The translations under genes were made by a program, and so were the position numbers. Below, piece after piece: positions 10,632 through 21,115 of a DNA stretch of 64,000 nucleotides. The DNA is taken from the NCBI RefSeq assembly GCF_000142905.1, contig NW_013657665.1:374039-438038 (forward strand), written 5' to 3'. This DNA is from Thecamonas trahens ATCC 50062 (taxonomy: Eukaryota > Protista > Apusomonadida). Each line of letters begins with the position of its first letter. Position 1 is the stretch's first letter. The notes below the pieces were generated by a model. That model was not told where the DNA came from and made no database searches. It saw only the letters and a program-made list of their open reading frames with translations.

Positions 10632-13580
10632 TCATCCCTTGCGGTGTCGGCGACGAGAAGACGACGACGACGAATGCGGTGAGGTCGTAGCGATGGGCGT
10701 GGGATCATAGATGTCGAGCTGGGCGCGGACGATGGGCGGGCCACCGCCGTGCTGCGAGACGAAAAAGTCCCAGACGGCCCGGTTGAGGCCGCGGTAGTCG
10801 TACGACTTGCGGAGGCGCGGGAGCGGCTCACCCGAGTCGTCGAGCAGAATATGGTTGTCGATGGGGCCCGGAAGGACGTCGGTTCCGGTGGTAAAGGCAT
10901 GCCAGCGCTCGATCCAACCGTTGGAGATGAGGTACCAGCACTCGCCCTCGGCGATGGTCGACGAGTCGTTGCGTGCGATAAAGTGCTTTTCCTTGGCGCG
11001 CTGGTCAGCCATGGCGCGGGCGGCGCGAAGGCAGGCAGCGCATGGTTCCGGCGAGCGGAGCGGTGGATCGGCGGCGCCAAAGAGCGAGACTAGCAGTGTG
11101 TAGACGTGGTCAGGAATGCCAAAGATCGGCAGCGGTGCGTCGGGCGGAAGTTCGCCGGCCATGTCAAGCGGCGACGGCAGGGCCAGGCCGCCGTGCTCGC
11201 ACACGACGTCGGCCGACGAGACCGGGCCGGGCCGCGAGAGGACGCGGAACTTGGTGTACCAGTGGCGCGAGATGTAGACAAGGTCTTTGTCGACGTCGGG
11301 CGCGGCGAGATCCCCGGCAGCAGCGTCAAGGGCGCGGAAGACCCGGTCGCGAACGGCCTGCGCCTGCGGCGCCACCCGCTCGTAGACCAGGATGTAGGCC
11401 TCGGCGGCGGCGACAGCGTCGGGCGTGACCTGCGAGACTCGCGTGTCGTCGAAAAGGTACCACTCGTTGTCGACGGCATTGCGGCAGTAGGCCACGTAGT
11501 GACCGCCGGTCATCGACCCGCGGTGGTTGACCAGGCCCGAGAGGCGGTACGACGCCGCAGCAGCCTCAGTCGTCACATCGGGCTCACGGCGGGAGAGGAA
11601 CGGCGCAGCGTCGAGCTCAAACGGAAACTCGACCCGGGTCGTGACCTTGGAGCCAAAGTACGAGTCATAGCGGAAGCGCTTGATGTGGATGGTGAGCATT
11701 TCCGGGAGCCGCGCCAGCGCCAGCGCCTTCAGCGAGTCGTGCTTCTCATCGCACTTCTCGCAGTGGTACCGTTCGGTCCCGACAAGGTTCTCCTGCGCAC
11801 AGTACGCGTAGAGGCAGTCTTGAAGTGTGAGCGGTGACGAGCCGCCAAGGCCAAAGATCGATGCAAGCCCGCGGAAGAAACCGCCCGACTCGCCGCCCGC
11901 CTCGCCACCAGGGCCCGCCACCTCGTCACTTGCAGGAGCTTTGCCCTTGCTCTTGCTCTTGGCCTTGGCCTTGCCCTTCCCCTTGCCCTTGTCCTTGCCA
12001 TGCAGCTTGCCGTTGCTGCCGCCGAGCGGCGGCTCACCGCCACCAACATAGGTGCCGCCGCCGGGCGAGGCGTCAGCGTCAAGCGCGGCGGCGCCGACTT
12101 CGCCCAGCAGGTGCGAGGTCCTTCCCTTGAGCTTGGCGCGCGCCTTCTTGGACGGGATCTCGACCGAGACGTCAAAGAACGGCTCGCGCGTGGCAGACAC
12201 CGTCCCGCAGTTGGAGCATGTGACCGAAGACACCATTTCGCCGGCAAAGATGTCGGCAATGAGCGAGGCCTCGAGTTTGCGACGGGTCGAGCCGTCCGAG
12301 CCGTCCGAGCCGGCATCAGAGCCGTGCTCGTGTGACAGCGGCGACGCCGACGAAAACGCCGACGGGGACGACGGCTCGGGCGAGGCCGAGTCGGAGCTTG
12401 ATGAGGTGACCGAGAGCCCATGGGCCGCCTTGGCCTTGGCTTTGGCTTTGGCCTTGGCTTTTGCCTTGGCTTTGGCCTTGGCTTTTGCCTTGGCTTTTGC
12501 CTTGGCTTTCGCTGCCTTCTCCTGAACCTTGGCCGGGCCCTGGGCCTGTGCCTTCTTGGGCGCCTCAGGCGGCGGACCCCGTAGCTCGAGGGTAAGCTCT
12601 TGGTGCAGGCGGTCAACTACAGTGCGGAGCAGCTCCTGCGAGTCGTGCTGGGCGTAGCCGCGGAAAACGGGGTTGATGACCTGAACAGCGCGGACAAGGT
12701 CAGACGGCGCGAGGTAGTCGCGACGGGCAGTCCACATGGCGCGGATGAGGGTGTGGAACTTGGGAAGGAGCGCAACGCGCGAGCGCGGCGCTGGAAGCAT
12801 TTCCGGCTCGAGCGCAAGCATGACTCGGTGGAGTGGCGGCGAGTTGGAGAGGGTCTGCAGCGCCGAGTTGAGGAAGCACGTGTTGCCCAGGTTGCGCAGG
12901 CCACAGAGGCCCGAGCCCGGGCGGGCACCAGCCGCCAGCACCTCCTCGTCGAGCTGCGGAGTGCAAAGCGCCGGCAGGCCGGGCATCGACAGCGCCGAGT
13001 CTGACAGCGCCATGTCCGCCACCTCGCCCTCGTCGTCGGGCGCGTCCGGGTCGTCGCCGCGGAGCAGGGCGCGGAACCGGAGAATGGCCTTGGCGTTGGC
13101 TGTTGTCGCATCGATCCACAGCTCGTCGTCGCATCCGTAGCACCACACCTGCCCGCTTGCCACATTGATGCACACCGAGTGCCCGGCTCCGTTCCGGGAA
13201 GCATGCTTCAGCGCGTGGCCGCGAACGGTCCGTCCGCATGAGACCCGACCGCACGAGTCACCCAGGCACCGCCACAGCAAGCTCGGGTCGGCAGCCCCGC
13301 ACTTGCACCGTGCACTGCCACTGTCCAGAACACTCTGTACACGCTCGCATGTGTGTGAGTGGCCCTCCCTCTCCTCCCTGCCACACGTGGCCTCACCCCC
13401 AGCCTTGTCCGCCGCCGCTCAGAAGAAGGTCGTAGCCATGACCGGCCGCCTCCCGAAAGCGGCGAAAACGGGCTCGTTGTCCCCTGTGGCCGCCTCCAAG
13501 CAACGTACCAGGAAGCTCTTGTCCTCGAGGCTTGTGGACACCTCCCGCAGCTGCTCGAGGTGTCCGCACTCGGACGTCAT
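10632..13580 (-). CDS. Ubiquitin-specific protease, USP20/33 type (ZnF-UBP, USP catalytic, DUSP); intron 13335-13508
   Basis: Cys box GLRNLGNTCFLNSALQ, QHDSQE, His box HRGSMTGGHYVAY, and DUSP motifs WYLISNGW...PGPIDN...WDFFVSQHGGGP. Splicing restores the ZnF-UBP (MTSECGHL...CKC...LWRCL...CGR...HALKH). Confidence 0.9.
13335..13508 (-). other. Spliceosomal intron (USP gene)
   Basis: GTACGT donor, ACTCAC branch, TACAG acceptor, phase 0. It removes the in-frame TGA at 13419. Confidence 0.85.
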
Positions 13581-14040
13581 CTCCCTCCACTGGTCCGTCG
13601 AGTGCAGTGTGGGTAGGAGGAGGGGCAGGGGTTTGACAGCGGTGGGAGAGGGTGTGATCGTCATCGTCATCGTGATCGTCATCGTCATCGCAGTTGGGCC
13701 AGCCGGTGGTTGGAATGCCACGCCCATGGCGACGTGGCAAGAGAGCAGCATCGTACGCGAGGGGAATGCAGGGCATGGCACATGCTCCCACACTAACGCC
13801 CCGCACCTGATAATGCTTCACCTCTGGCTTCAGGCAGGCGATAGGCCGCGGCGATAGGCAGGCCGAGGCTGTCGGGTGCGGTCAGAGCATGGCCAGTCTT
13901 GCCAAATGGCATGACATGCGGGAGAGGGGGGGGGGAGGAGGGTGTCGACAGAGGCAGAGCCACTCGACTGGCTGGGCAGGAGAGCGTGCACAGAAGAGGG
14001 ACGCCGTGTAAGAAACGCCCAAAGCTGGTAGCACAGGACT

Positions 14041-15083
14041 ATGTCTGGAAAGGACGCGTTTGCGCGGAGGCGTGCTGCCCGTGAGAAGCGCGAGGCAGCG
14101 GCAAGGTCGGCGGCAAGCGACAAGAAGGAGAAGGCCAAGCTGCGAGCCCAGCTGAGGGCCGAGCGCAAGGCTGCCCGCCAGGCCAAAGCCAACGGTACTG
14201 GAGGAGGCGCAGGTAGTGCGGGCAGCAAAGGCTCGGCTCCAAAGCGGTCGGTGGCTGGCAAGCGGTCAGCGGTGGCCGAGTTCTTTTCCGATGAGGACGA
14301 CGACGACGAGGAAGAGGAGGTCAACGCCGACGACGATGATGCTGGGACGGGACAGCCTGACACCACATTTGGCTCGACGGAGGCAGAGACGTCTGCGGAT
14401 AGCGCGGCGCTACTGATGGGCGCGACAACGACGGCGACGGCGGCGGATCTGTTTGCGTCGCCGCCGCCGTCGGCGCCCAGCTCGCCGGCGGCAGCAGCTA
14501 CCGGCGGCGGCGGGCGGATGTCGCGGCGATCGGCGACGCTGGGCCCTGGCGATGCCAGTGTGAGCTTGGGTGGCGACGGCGGTGGGAGCGGGCAGAACAA
14601 GGCGACGGTGGCGCTGCTGAGGCGGTCGCACGAGACGCTGAAAGAGATGACCCGCAAGTCGCATTCTGCACTCAAGACGACAATCAAGACGGTGTATGAG
14701 ACGCTGCAGCGCGAGATGCAGTCTGCACTGGCGGTGCAAGCCCAGTCGTTCTCAACACTGCTTGAAACGCAGCGTGCCGCCAACGAGGCGCGCTTCGCGC
14801 AGCTCTACGAACAGAACCAGCAGCTCCGCAACGCCATCCACACGCTCAAGCGCAAGCTGCAGAACGGCTCCATCACTGTCGGTCGCGCCCTTGTCCTTCA
14901 AGCCCGCGACAACACCCACTGGATCGTCGAGCGCTCGGTCCACTCGGACGAGGTTGCCCTCCTCTCGCACATCCCGTACGAAGACCTGGGCGTGGGCGGG
15001 ACCGACGACATCGCGCTGGCGTCGCCGCGCGGGCCACCGACGGAGCCACCCGCGGCCGGTCGCGCGCCACATCGGTGGTGTAA
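14041..15083 (+). CDS. Hypothetical basic/acidic coiled-coil protein; 3' end uncertain (15083 with a 1-nt correction at G3 15031-15033, otherwise 15273 overlapping DCN1)
   Basis: ATG 14041 opens a K/R-rich N-terminus, an acidic run (DEDDDDEEEE) and a heptad region (NEARFAQLYEQNQQLRNAIHTLKRKL). Confidence 0.6.
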
Positions 15084-15114
15084 ACACATTGCAAGGCTCC
15101 CAAGAAGGCTGTGT

Positions 15115-15834
15115 TTACTCCCCCCTGCTCGCGTGGGCCACATACTCGGAGAACAGGACCGGGTACGGGCCGTCGTCTTCCCAGTTGGACAGGTCCGGCG
15201 CGATCTCGTCGATAAAGTCGAGCCACGAGCTCCACTGGTCGTGGTTGAGCGCCCGGGCTGTGCAGCTGTCTGAGGTGAGAAAGGCGACAAAGGCGTCGGT
15301 CCGCTTGCGATCGCTCTCGCTCCGCATCGACATGACGAGCTCGAGCATAGCGCACGCCGACGCCAAGTCGACGATCTTTTTGCGAGGCTCCTCTTTGGCA
15401 AATGCAAAGGCGTACTCGTAGAGGGCGGCAAAGCCGCTCGTCGACGCCGCAAGCTGTGCCTTGCGCCGGCTGATGGCGACCGCCAGGTCGTCGAGCGAGC
15501 TTGCGGCAAGGCTCACCATGCCGGCCTCAAACTCGGTCTTGCTGATGTATCCCATTCTGGCCACGCCCATAGTGTGGCACATGACAAGCGCGTCTGCAGA
15601 CGCCGGCGCGATCCCGATTGCCTCGCACAGGGCCTCGACCGCGCCCGGGCCGAGCTCGTCCATCACTGCCTCCGCCGGTGTCCCGGCGTCGCTCGCCTTG
15701 GCTCGTGCAAACGCAGCGTCACGGGCCTCGCGCGCCTTACGAGCAGCGAGCGCGGCTTCAACCTCCTTGGCTGCTGCTGCGTTGGCCGCCTTGGTCGCCT
15801 GCCGCTTCCGGCGCATCCGCCCAAGCAGCCCCAT
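15115..15834 (-). CDS. DCUN1D: DCN1-like cullin neddylation E3 (PONY domain) with possible N-myristoylation
   Basis: MGYISKTEFEAGM...FAALYEYAFAFAKEEPRKKIVD...LNHDQWSSWLDF...WEDDGPYPVLFSEYV. The N-terminus is MGLLGRMRRKR. Confidence 0.85.
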   Translation of the reverse strand: MGLLGRMRRKRQATKAANAAAAKEVEAALAARKAREARDAAFARAKASDAGTPAEAVMDELGPGAVEALCEAIGIAPASADALVMCHTMGVARMGYISKTEFEAGMVSLAASSLDDLAVAISRRKAQLAASTSGFAALYEYAFAFAKEEPRKKIVDLASACAMLELVMSMRSESDRKRTDAFVAFLTSDSCTARALNHDQWSSWLDFIDEIAPDLSNWEDDGPYPVLFSEYVAHASRGE

Positions 15835-16032
15835 GGAGAACAATGTGAAGCCGACGGGTAGTGCTAGCCGCGCTTGCCTGGGCGCGGCTGGCACGCCTCC
15901 GGTTTTGTGGTCCAGGTCCGGCGGCCCCGTTTAGGCGGAAGGCGCCCAATTGGGGAGTTTCTTCATTTTGTTCCGACTCGCCCCGCCCCGCCCCAGGGAC
16001 TCATCATCCCACATGGGTCATGCCTCAGCCTC

Positions 16033-18078
16033 TTACGCATCGGCGCTCTCTGGACCACGACAGACTGGGCAAGCGCCCGGGCAGGCGGGGCATGGGGCGC
16101 CCGGCTCGCATTCGACGCAGAGCTGGCATGGGCACGGACGCGCGTTGGTGCAGTACATGGGGCAGCCTTGGCGGCAGGGCCAGCGGCCGCCGCACACAAA
16201 GCACATCTCGCCGCCGCACGGACAAGTCATATGGTGGCAGGCGTGGCCGCGTGCGTGGGCAATGGCGGCACCGCAGTCGATGCACGGCCGCGACGAGAGC
16301 GCAATGAGCTCGCGGGTGGCGGCCGACGCGCCGGCGGCGGCGTTGCAGTCGGCGCCCGGATGCCACGCGCTGCGACATGCCCAGCAAAAGGGGCGCGCGC
16401 AGTACGGACAGGTCACCGAGCGCATTGCCTCGGCCGCCGTTGCGCACTCTGCGTCTTCGGCATCAACAAAAACCAGCCCGGAGCACTCGGAAAACGGGCA
16501 GTACGCCCGGACAGCGGCAGGCAGAGCCGCAGTGGTGTGCGCGGTCTCAAAGGCCTCCACCTCGTCGGGGGTGATCAAAGTCCGGAGCGCGAGCGCTCCC
16601 ACGTCTTGCGGCTGCATCACGCCTGTGCATCGCTGGCTACCGTCCATCACCGGGCAGCGGAGCGGAATGAGCGCCCGGTCGGCGAGCGCGTCGCGCACCA
16701 TGTGTTCTGCGCACTCCACGCATAAAACATGCTTGCACCGCGCCGAAAACGCAAACACTTGGTGGCCAGGTGTGTCAGCAAAGCAGACGAGACATGCAAG
16801 ACTGCGGACAGCTGTCACAACCGCGCTTGCACTTGCCAGGCAAATAGGACACGTGCCCGGCACCCGCTTCATCTGCGCCTCGGCGCAGTGTCGGCACGTC
16901 AGAGCGTCCCCGCACGGGACGATGACAGCGTCGGCAGCGCGGAAGCGACAGAGGACGCAGAGCCCGGAAGTGCGACAAACTGGTGGGCTCGCGACTGCTA
17001 GACACGTCTCGCACACGTCGTACGAGCAGCCGCGAGTGCAGTGCCACATCGCGCCGTCTGTAGCCGTCAAGCTGCGGCCGCAAACGCCATCGCACCGCCA
17101 CCGGCCGCCATGCGCGGCGTAGACTACGTCCGGGTCAGTGGCAACTAGAGGGTGGTCATGGGCTCCAAGCTCTACCATCGGCCCCGAGAGCGCCAGCCTT
17201 CGCTCGGTGCGTGCAAGCATGCATCCGCTGCACAGATCATAGTCGCAGCCCAAGCCGCAGTGCCACAACCAGGCGCCCGAGCTCGCGCCGCACCCGTCAC
17301 ACGCCCACATCTGGCTGGGATAGACCTCGGCCACACGCGAGCGCACAAGACGATGATCATGGCCAGCAGCCTGCCGAGAGTTGGCCTCGTCCTCTGCTGC
17401 AGCCACGGATCCAACCGCGCACGCCGGACAGAGGTCAAACTCACAGTCTGCGTGGCGGCAGGCCATCATCGGCAGCGTCTGCGATCGCTGAACGCTGCCG
17501 CATCCGTCGCAGTGCCACACGCCGGCAAAGCCTGGGTAGACTTCGCGTGGATTGGCCAGAAGCTCCAGTGGGTGCTCGTGGAGCCAAGAGCGAAGCGGAG
17601 CGCCAGCGATGATGGTGGCGGAGGTGCAGGCGAAACAGATGTCGTAGTCGGCGCCGGCAACGGGTGCAAGCGCGTGCAGCCCCATATCACGCTCACGGCC
17701 CCGTACAGGCGCAAGGGTCGCCACTCTCCGACACTCATCGCACGTCCATCTGGTCTCGTCCGGGTACACTCCCAGCAGATCGAGCTGTACAAGGGTCAAG
17801 GTGTGCCCACCGCCGGCCGCATTCCGAGAGTTCGTGACCAGGCCCAAGCGGCCTGTGCTCCTTGCGCACGCCCAGCACAGCCATGCGCTGCTCTCTGCGC
17901 CGCGCCACCAGTGCACACCATCTACCTGTGGACGAGCCGCGCAAGTAGCGCAGGTCGGCCCACCAAGAGCTGCCGGGTCGTGCACGTCGGTCTTGTTGAT
18001 GGTCAGGTGCTCCACGCTCCCTCCGGCGCGTGGAAGCCACAAGCCGGGAACCACATGCTCGGCAGCGTCGGCAGCCAT
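16033..18078 (-). CDS. RBR E3 ubiquitin ligase preceded by 4-5 DC1/ZZ-like Cys/His repeats and an extra RING
   Basis: Repeats of the form HxHxL...VY...WxCDxC...CxYDLCxxC; an extra RING (CVLC...PCGD...CRHC...CPIC); RING1; IBR (YCPFSEC...CPYCARPFCWAC...WH); RING2 with catalytic HACHHMTC. Confidence 0.85.
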   Translation of the reverse strand: MAADAAEHVVPGLWLPRAGGSVEHLTINKTDVHDPAALGGPTCATCAARPQVDGVHWWRGAESSAWLCWACARSTGRLGLVTNSRNAAGGGHTLTLVQLDLLGVYPDETRWTCDECRRVATLAPVRGRERDMGLHALAPVAGADYDICFACTSATIIAGAPLRSWLHEHPLELLANPREVYPGFAGVWHCDGCGSVQRSQTLPMMACRHADCEFDLCPACAVGSVAAAEDEANSRQAAGHDHRLVRSRVAEVYPSQMWACDGCGASSGAWLWHCGLGCDYDLCSGCMLARTERRLALSGPMVELGAHDHPLVATDPDVVYAAHGGRWRCDGVCGRSLTATDGAMWHCTRGCSYDVCETCLAVASPPVCRTSGLCVLCRFRAADAVIVPCGDALTCRHCAEAQMKRVPGTCPICLASASAVVTAVRSLACLVCFADTPGHQVFAFSARCKHVLCVECAEHMVRDALADRALIPLRCPVMDGSQRCTGVMQPQDVGALALRTLITPDEVEAFETAHTTAALPAAVRAYCPFSECSGLVFVDAEDAECATAAEAMRSVTCPYCARPFCWACRSAWHPGADCNAAAGASAATRELIALSSRPCIDCGAAIAHARGHACHHMTCPCGGEMCFVCGGRWPCRQGCPMYCTNARPCPCQLCVECEPGAPCPACPGACPVCRGPESADA

Positions 18079-19029
18079 AGCACGGTGATGAAGAGAGACA
18101 GGTATGTGGCTATGGCGTCGATGATGCTGGTGGAGAGGAAGCGGACGATTCCTCACGGTCTACTCGAGTTGTGGAACCTGTCGCAATCGATGGACCGGGG
18201 ATGATGACAGGCTGATGTGGAGCAGAGCGGGGCGAAGAGAGGCCGACAGCGGCAGGAGGCCGAGGCCGAGGCGGAAGGGCGGAGAAAGGCACACTCAGCT
18301 TACATTCCGTACGTGGTACCTGGACCAGGGACTTTTTCCCCCACCCGCCTCCTCTTCCATGCCCTACCCCCTGCTGGCTGCTTGCCCGTGCCCCCCCCCC
18401 TCCCCCCCCCGCACTCTCCCTTCCCCCCTCCCTGCCCCTCCACCGCCGAGTGGTGGTGACGGCAGTGATCCCAGGCACGGGTTTTTCTGCACCCACCAAC
18501 CACCACCACCTCGGCAGCAGAGCCTCCCACAGATGGCCTCTTTCCGGAAACGCCTTGTTTTGTGCACTATGCTCCTTCTCCGTTGCCCTAACCCTACGTT
18601 GGTGGCTGTGGGAAGGTAGCCAACACAGCGACGGCTCCCCCAGTGGGTGTCAGGCACTCCCCTTCTCCCCCCCCCTCCCCCCCCTGGAGGTGGCAAAAGC
18701 GAAACGCGGGCAAAGCAGCAGCCTGTCTTTGTTTTTGGAGTGGGCGGCACGCGTGCCGGTGAGGAAAGGTGACTTCTGTCTCTTGGCTCGGTGTCACTCG
18801 CTGGGGAAGCCCAGGGGATGGCGACGTGGTTGAAGACACTTTATGGGCTATAGTGTGCTGGTGTGCCTCGGGCAAAACGAGGCAGGACAAGCAAGGTGGT
18901 GGGGAGGGAGGGGGAGTGGGGCTTGTGAATGTATGTGCGCGTGACTCGCGGCGTGTGGGGGTGGGAGGGAGGCAAAGTGGGTTTGTGACTCATGCTGCTG
19001 GGTGTGGGCGGGACAGGCATACAAGGAAA

Positions 19030-20616
19030 ATGATGCTGAAGACTGCTGTGGGCGTTGTGCTGCTCGCCATGGTTATGGGCGCAATGGCGCGGTCGTCGAT
19101 TTACAGCAACAACCGGCCGTGGACTGCGTACGCGTACGACCAGGTGTCGAACAACATGGTCATTGCGTTCTCGCCGATGCAGACGCAGTACGGACTCTCG
19201 TTTGGTCTGGAGACGCGGATGTGCGACGGGCCGGACAACTGCGGTGACTCGCAGACGACGTACGAGGTTGCCAAGTGCATCCGCGATGGGACTGCGCAGG
19301 CTGTGGTTGAGGACATCTCTGTCTACGTGCCGTCGACGCACAACGTGTTTAACGGGCAGTACATGCTGTACACCGAGTACAACCCGAACCTCTCTGGCGA
19401 CGCGTCGACGCCTGCGGCGAACAACCTCCGGTTTGAGTACTGCCCGGCCCTCGGGTGTGCACACTCTGTGGTGAACAACTACCCGCGGACGATCCTGGAA
19501 AACGCATACTGGCCGGCGATGACGTTTGTTCAGGCTGCGCTGGGCAAGAAGGTGCCCGCGATCGGGTACGTCACCATTCCCAAGGCGATCGGCTCGCTCC
19601 CGTCGGTCGACCATGTCGGCGAGCTCACGGTCACGGTCTGCTCCAAGGTTGACTGCGACGCGCAGACCGACGCGACCAAGACGGTCATCGACTCGTGCCG
19701 CGGCGCGGACGATGCTGGCTCGCCCATGTGCGCTGGCGTCTCGATGACGACAGTCGACCAGAAGGCGCTCATCCTGTACTACGGGCCGAGCCTCAACCAG
19801 GGTAGCGACGGCATCTGGCTCAAGACGGCGTACTGCGGCGACTTGAACTGCAGCCCGAAGACCAACGTCATCACTGACCATTACCAGGTGCTCGAGGAGG
19901 TCAAGCCGTTTGCTGGCGACTCGATCATCATGACCCGCAACGGCGGCTTCCCCGCCTTTGTCCACGTCAAGTCGGACGGCGAGCTGTACCTCACCCGCTG
20001 CTCTGTCTACGACTGTCAGACCACGACCGAGGAGCCTGTGTCCAGCGGCCTGTTCTCGCAGTCGCAGGCTGAGCCGCACATGGCGATGTCCCACAACGAC
20101 AACCCGGTCATCATCTGGATCCGTGAGGTCAAGGTTCAGGGCACGACCAAGCGCGACATCATGATCGTGTACTGCGACGACGAGGCCTGCACCACCCGGA
20201 GCTCACCCGAGGCCATCACCGACTGCGCCGGCAACACCTGCTCGCCAAGCCACCCGCGGATCACCGCCGTCGCCGACGACTTTATGGTCATCTCGTACTG
20301 GGACACCGTCCACTCGAAGGACTTTATGGTCATGTGCACCAACACCACGTGCACACCCGAAGAGATCGCCAACCCCATTGAGGTTGATACCACCTGGGGC
20401 GACGGCGAGTGCACTGGCCTCTTCCCGGCTCCCAGCTCCTCACCCAAGAAGAAGTCCAACGCTGGCGCCGTCGCGGCCGGCGTCATCATCTCGCTCATCG
20501 CCCTCGCCGGCGTCGCCGTCTTTGCCTACTGGTTCGCCGTCGTCCGCCAGGGCGGTCGCTGGCCGTGGGAGGGCATTGCCCAGCCCAAGGGTCTTGACTC
20601 GTACGCCGAGCTCTAA
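19030..20616 (+). CDS. Type I membrane protein with seven Cys-pair repeats (putative disulfide-stapled beta-propeller) and C-terminal YAEL
   Basis: Signal peptide MMLKTAVGVVLLAMVMGAMA; seven hydrophobic-strand + CxxxxC units; TM AGVIISLIALAGVAVFAYWFAVV; short tail ending YAEL. Codon usage is strongly GC3-biased. Confidence 0.85.
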   Translation: MMLKTAVGVVLLAMVMGAMARSSIYSNNRPWTAYAYDQVSNNMVIAFSPMQTQYGLSFGLETRMCDGPDNCGDSQTTYEVAKCIRDGTAQAVVEDISVYVPSTHNVFNGQYMLYTEYNPNLSGDASTPAANNLRFEYCPALGCAHSVVNNYPRTILENAYWPAMTFVQAALGKKVPAIGYVTIPKAIGSLPSVDHVGELTVTVCSKVDCDAQTDATKTVIDSCRGADDAGSPMCAGVSMTTVDQKALILYYGPSLNQGSDGIWLKTAYCGDLNCSPKTNVITDHYQVLEEVKPFAGDSIIMTRNGGFPAFVHVKSDGELYLTRCSVYDCQTTTEEPVSSGLFSQSQAEPHMAMSHNDNPVIIWIREVKVQGTTKRDIMIVYCDDEACTTRSSPEAITDCAGNTCSPSHPRITAVADDFMVISYWDTVHSKDFMVMCTNTTCTPEEIANPIEVDTTWGDGECTGLFPAPSSSPKKKSNAGAVAAGVIISLIALAGVAVFAYWFAVVRQGGRWPWEGIAQPKGLDSYAEL

Positions 20617-21115
20617 TCCAGCCCCCCTCCCCCCCCCCAGTCCCGAGCCCTCCTGGATTGAAAGTCCTGCTTCCGTTATGTGTCTTCGTGTCGTGGCTAG
20701 TGGCGGAGAGAAAGAACGAGTGATCATCGAAAAGCCGCCACGTGCTTACTATGGCGCGCCAGTCGTAGTCCCCACGTTCTCTTGAGCGGCAGAGATGGAT
20801 GGGTGGAGTAATCACAGACCTTAGACGTAAAGACGCACCTGCTAGTGGTCTCCCTGACTCGATACCCACCTGTTAACCAGCCCCCCCTACATGTTGCATC
20901 TGCTGCCAATGGCTGCCCCGCCCCGCCCCAACCACAATTTTCACTCAGGCACCACCAAACTAGGCCCCCCCCCTCCCCCCCCCCCTTGCCCTCCTCGACA
21001 CCTACCTCTCTCCCTCTCTGCCTGTGGGCGTAAGCCACGAGTGGTCGACCACCCACCTCACCCACCCCATCCCACCCTACCCAAACCCGACTCCAAACCC
21101 CCTTCTTGCACGCCA

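Noticed and set aside
13419-13421. In-frame TGA between two same-frame USP ORFs (readthrough or selenocysteine?)
   Set aside because: It lies inside a clean 174-nt GTACGT...TACAG intron whose removal restores the ZnF-UBP.
15084-15273. Extended coding overlap of ORF 14041..15273 with DCN1
   Set aside because: More simply explained by a 1-nt homopolymer error at 15031-15033 with a stop at 15083. This is not proven.
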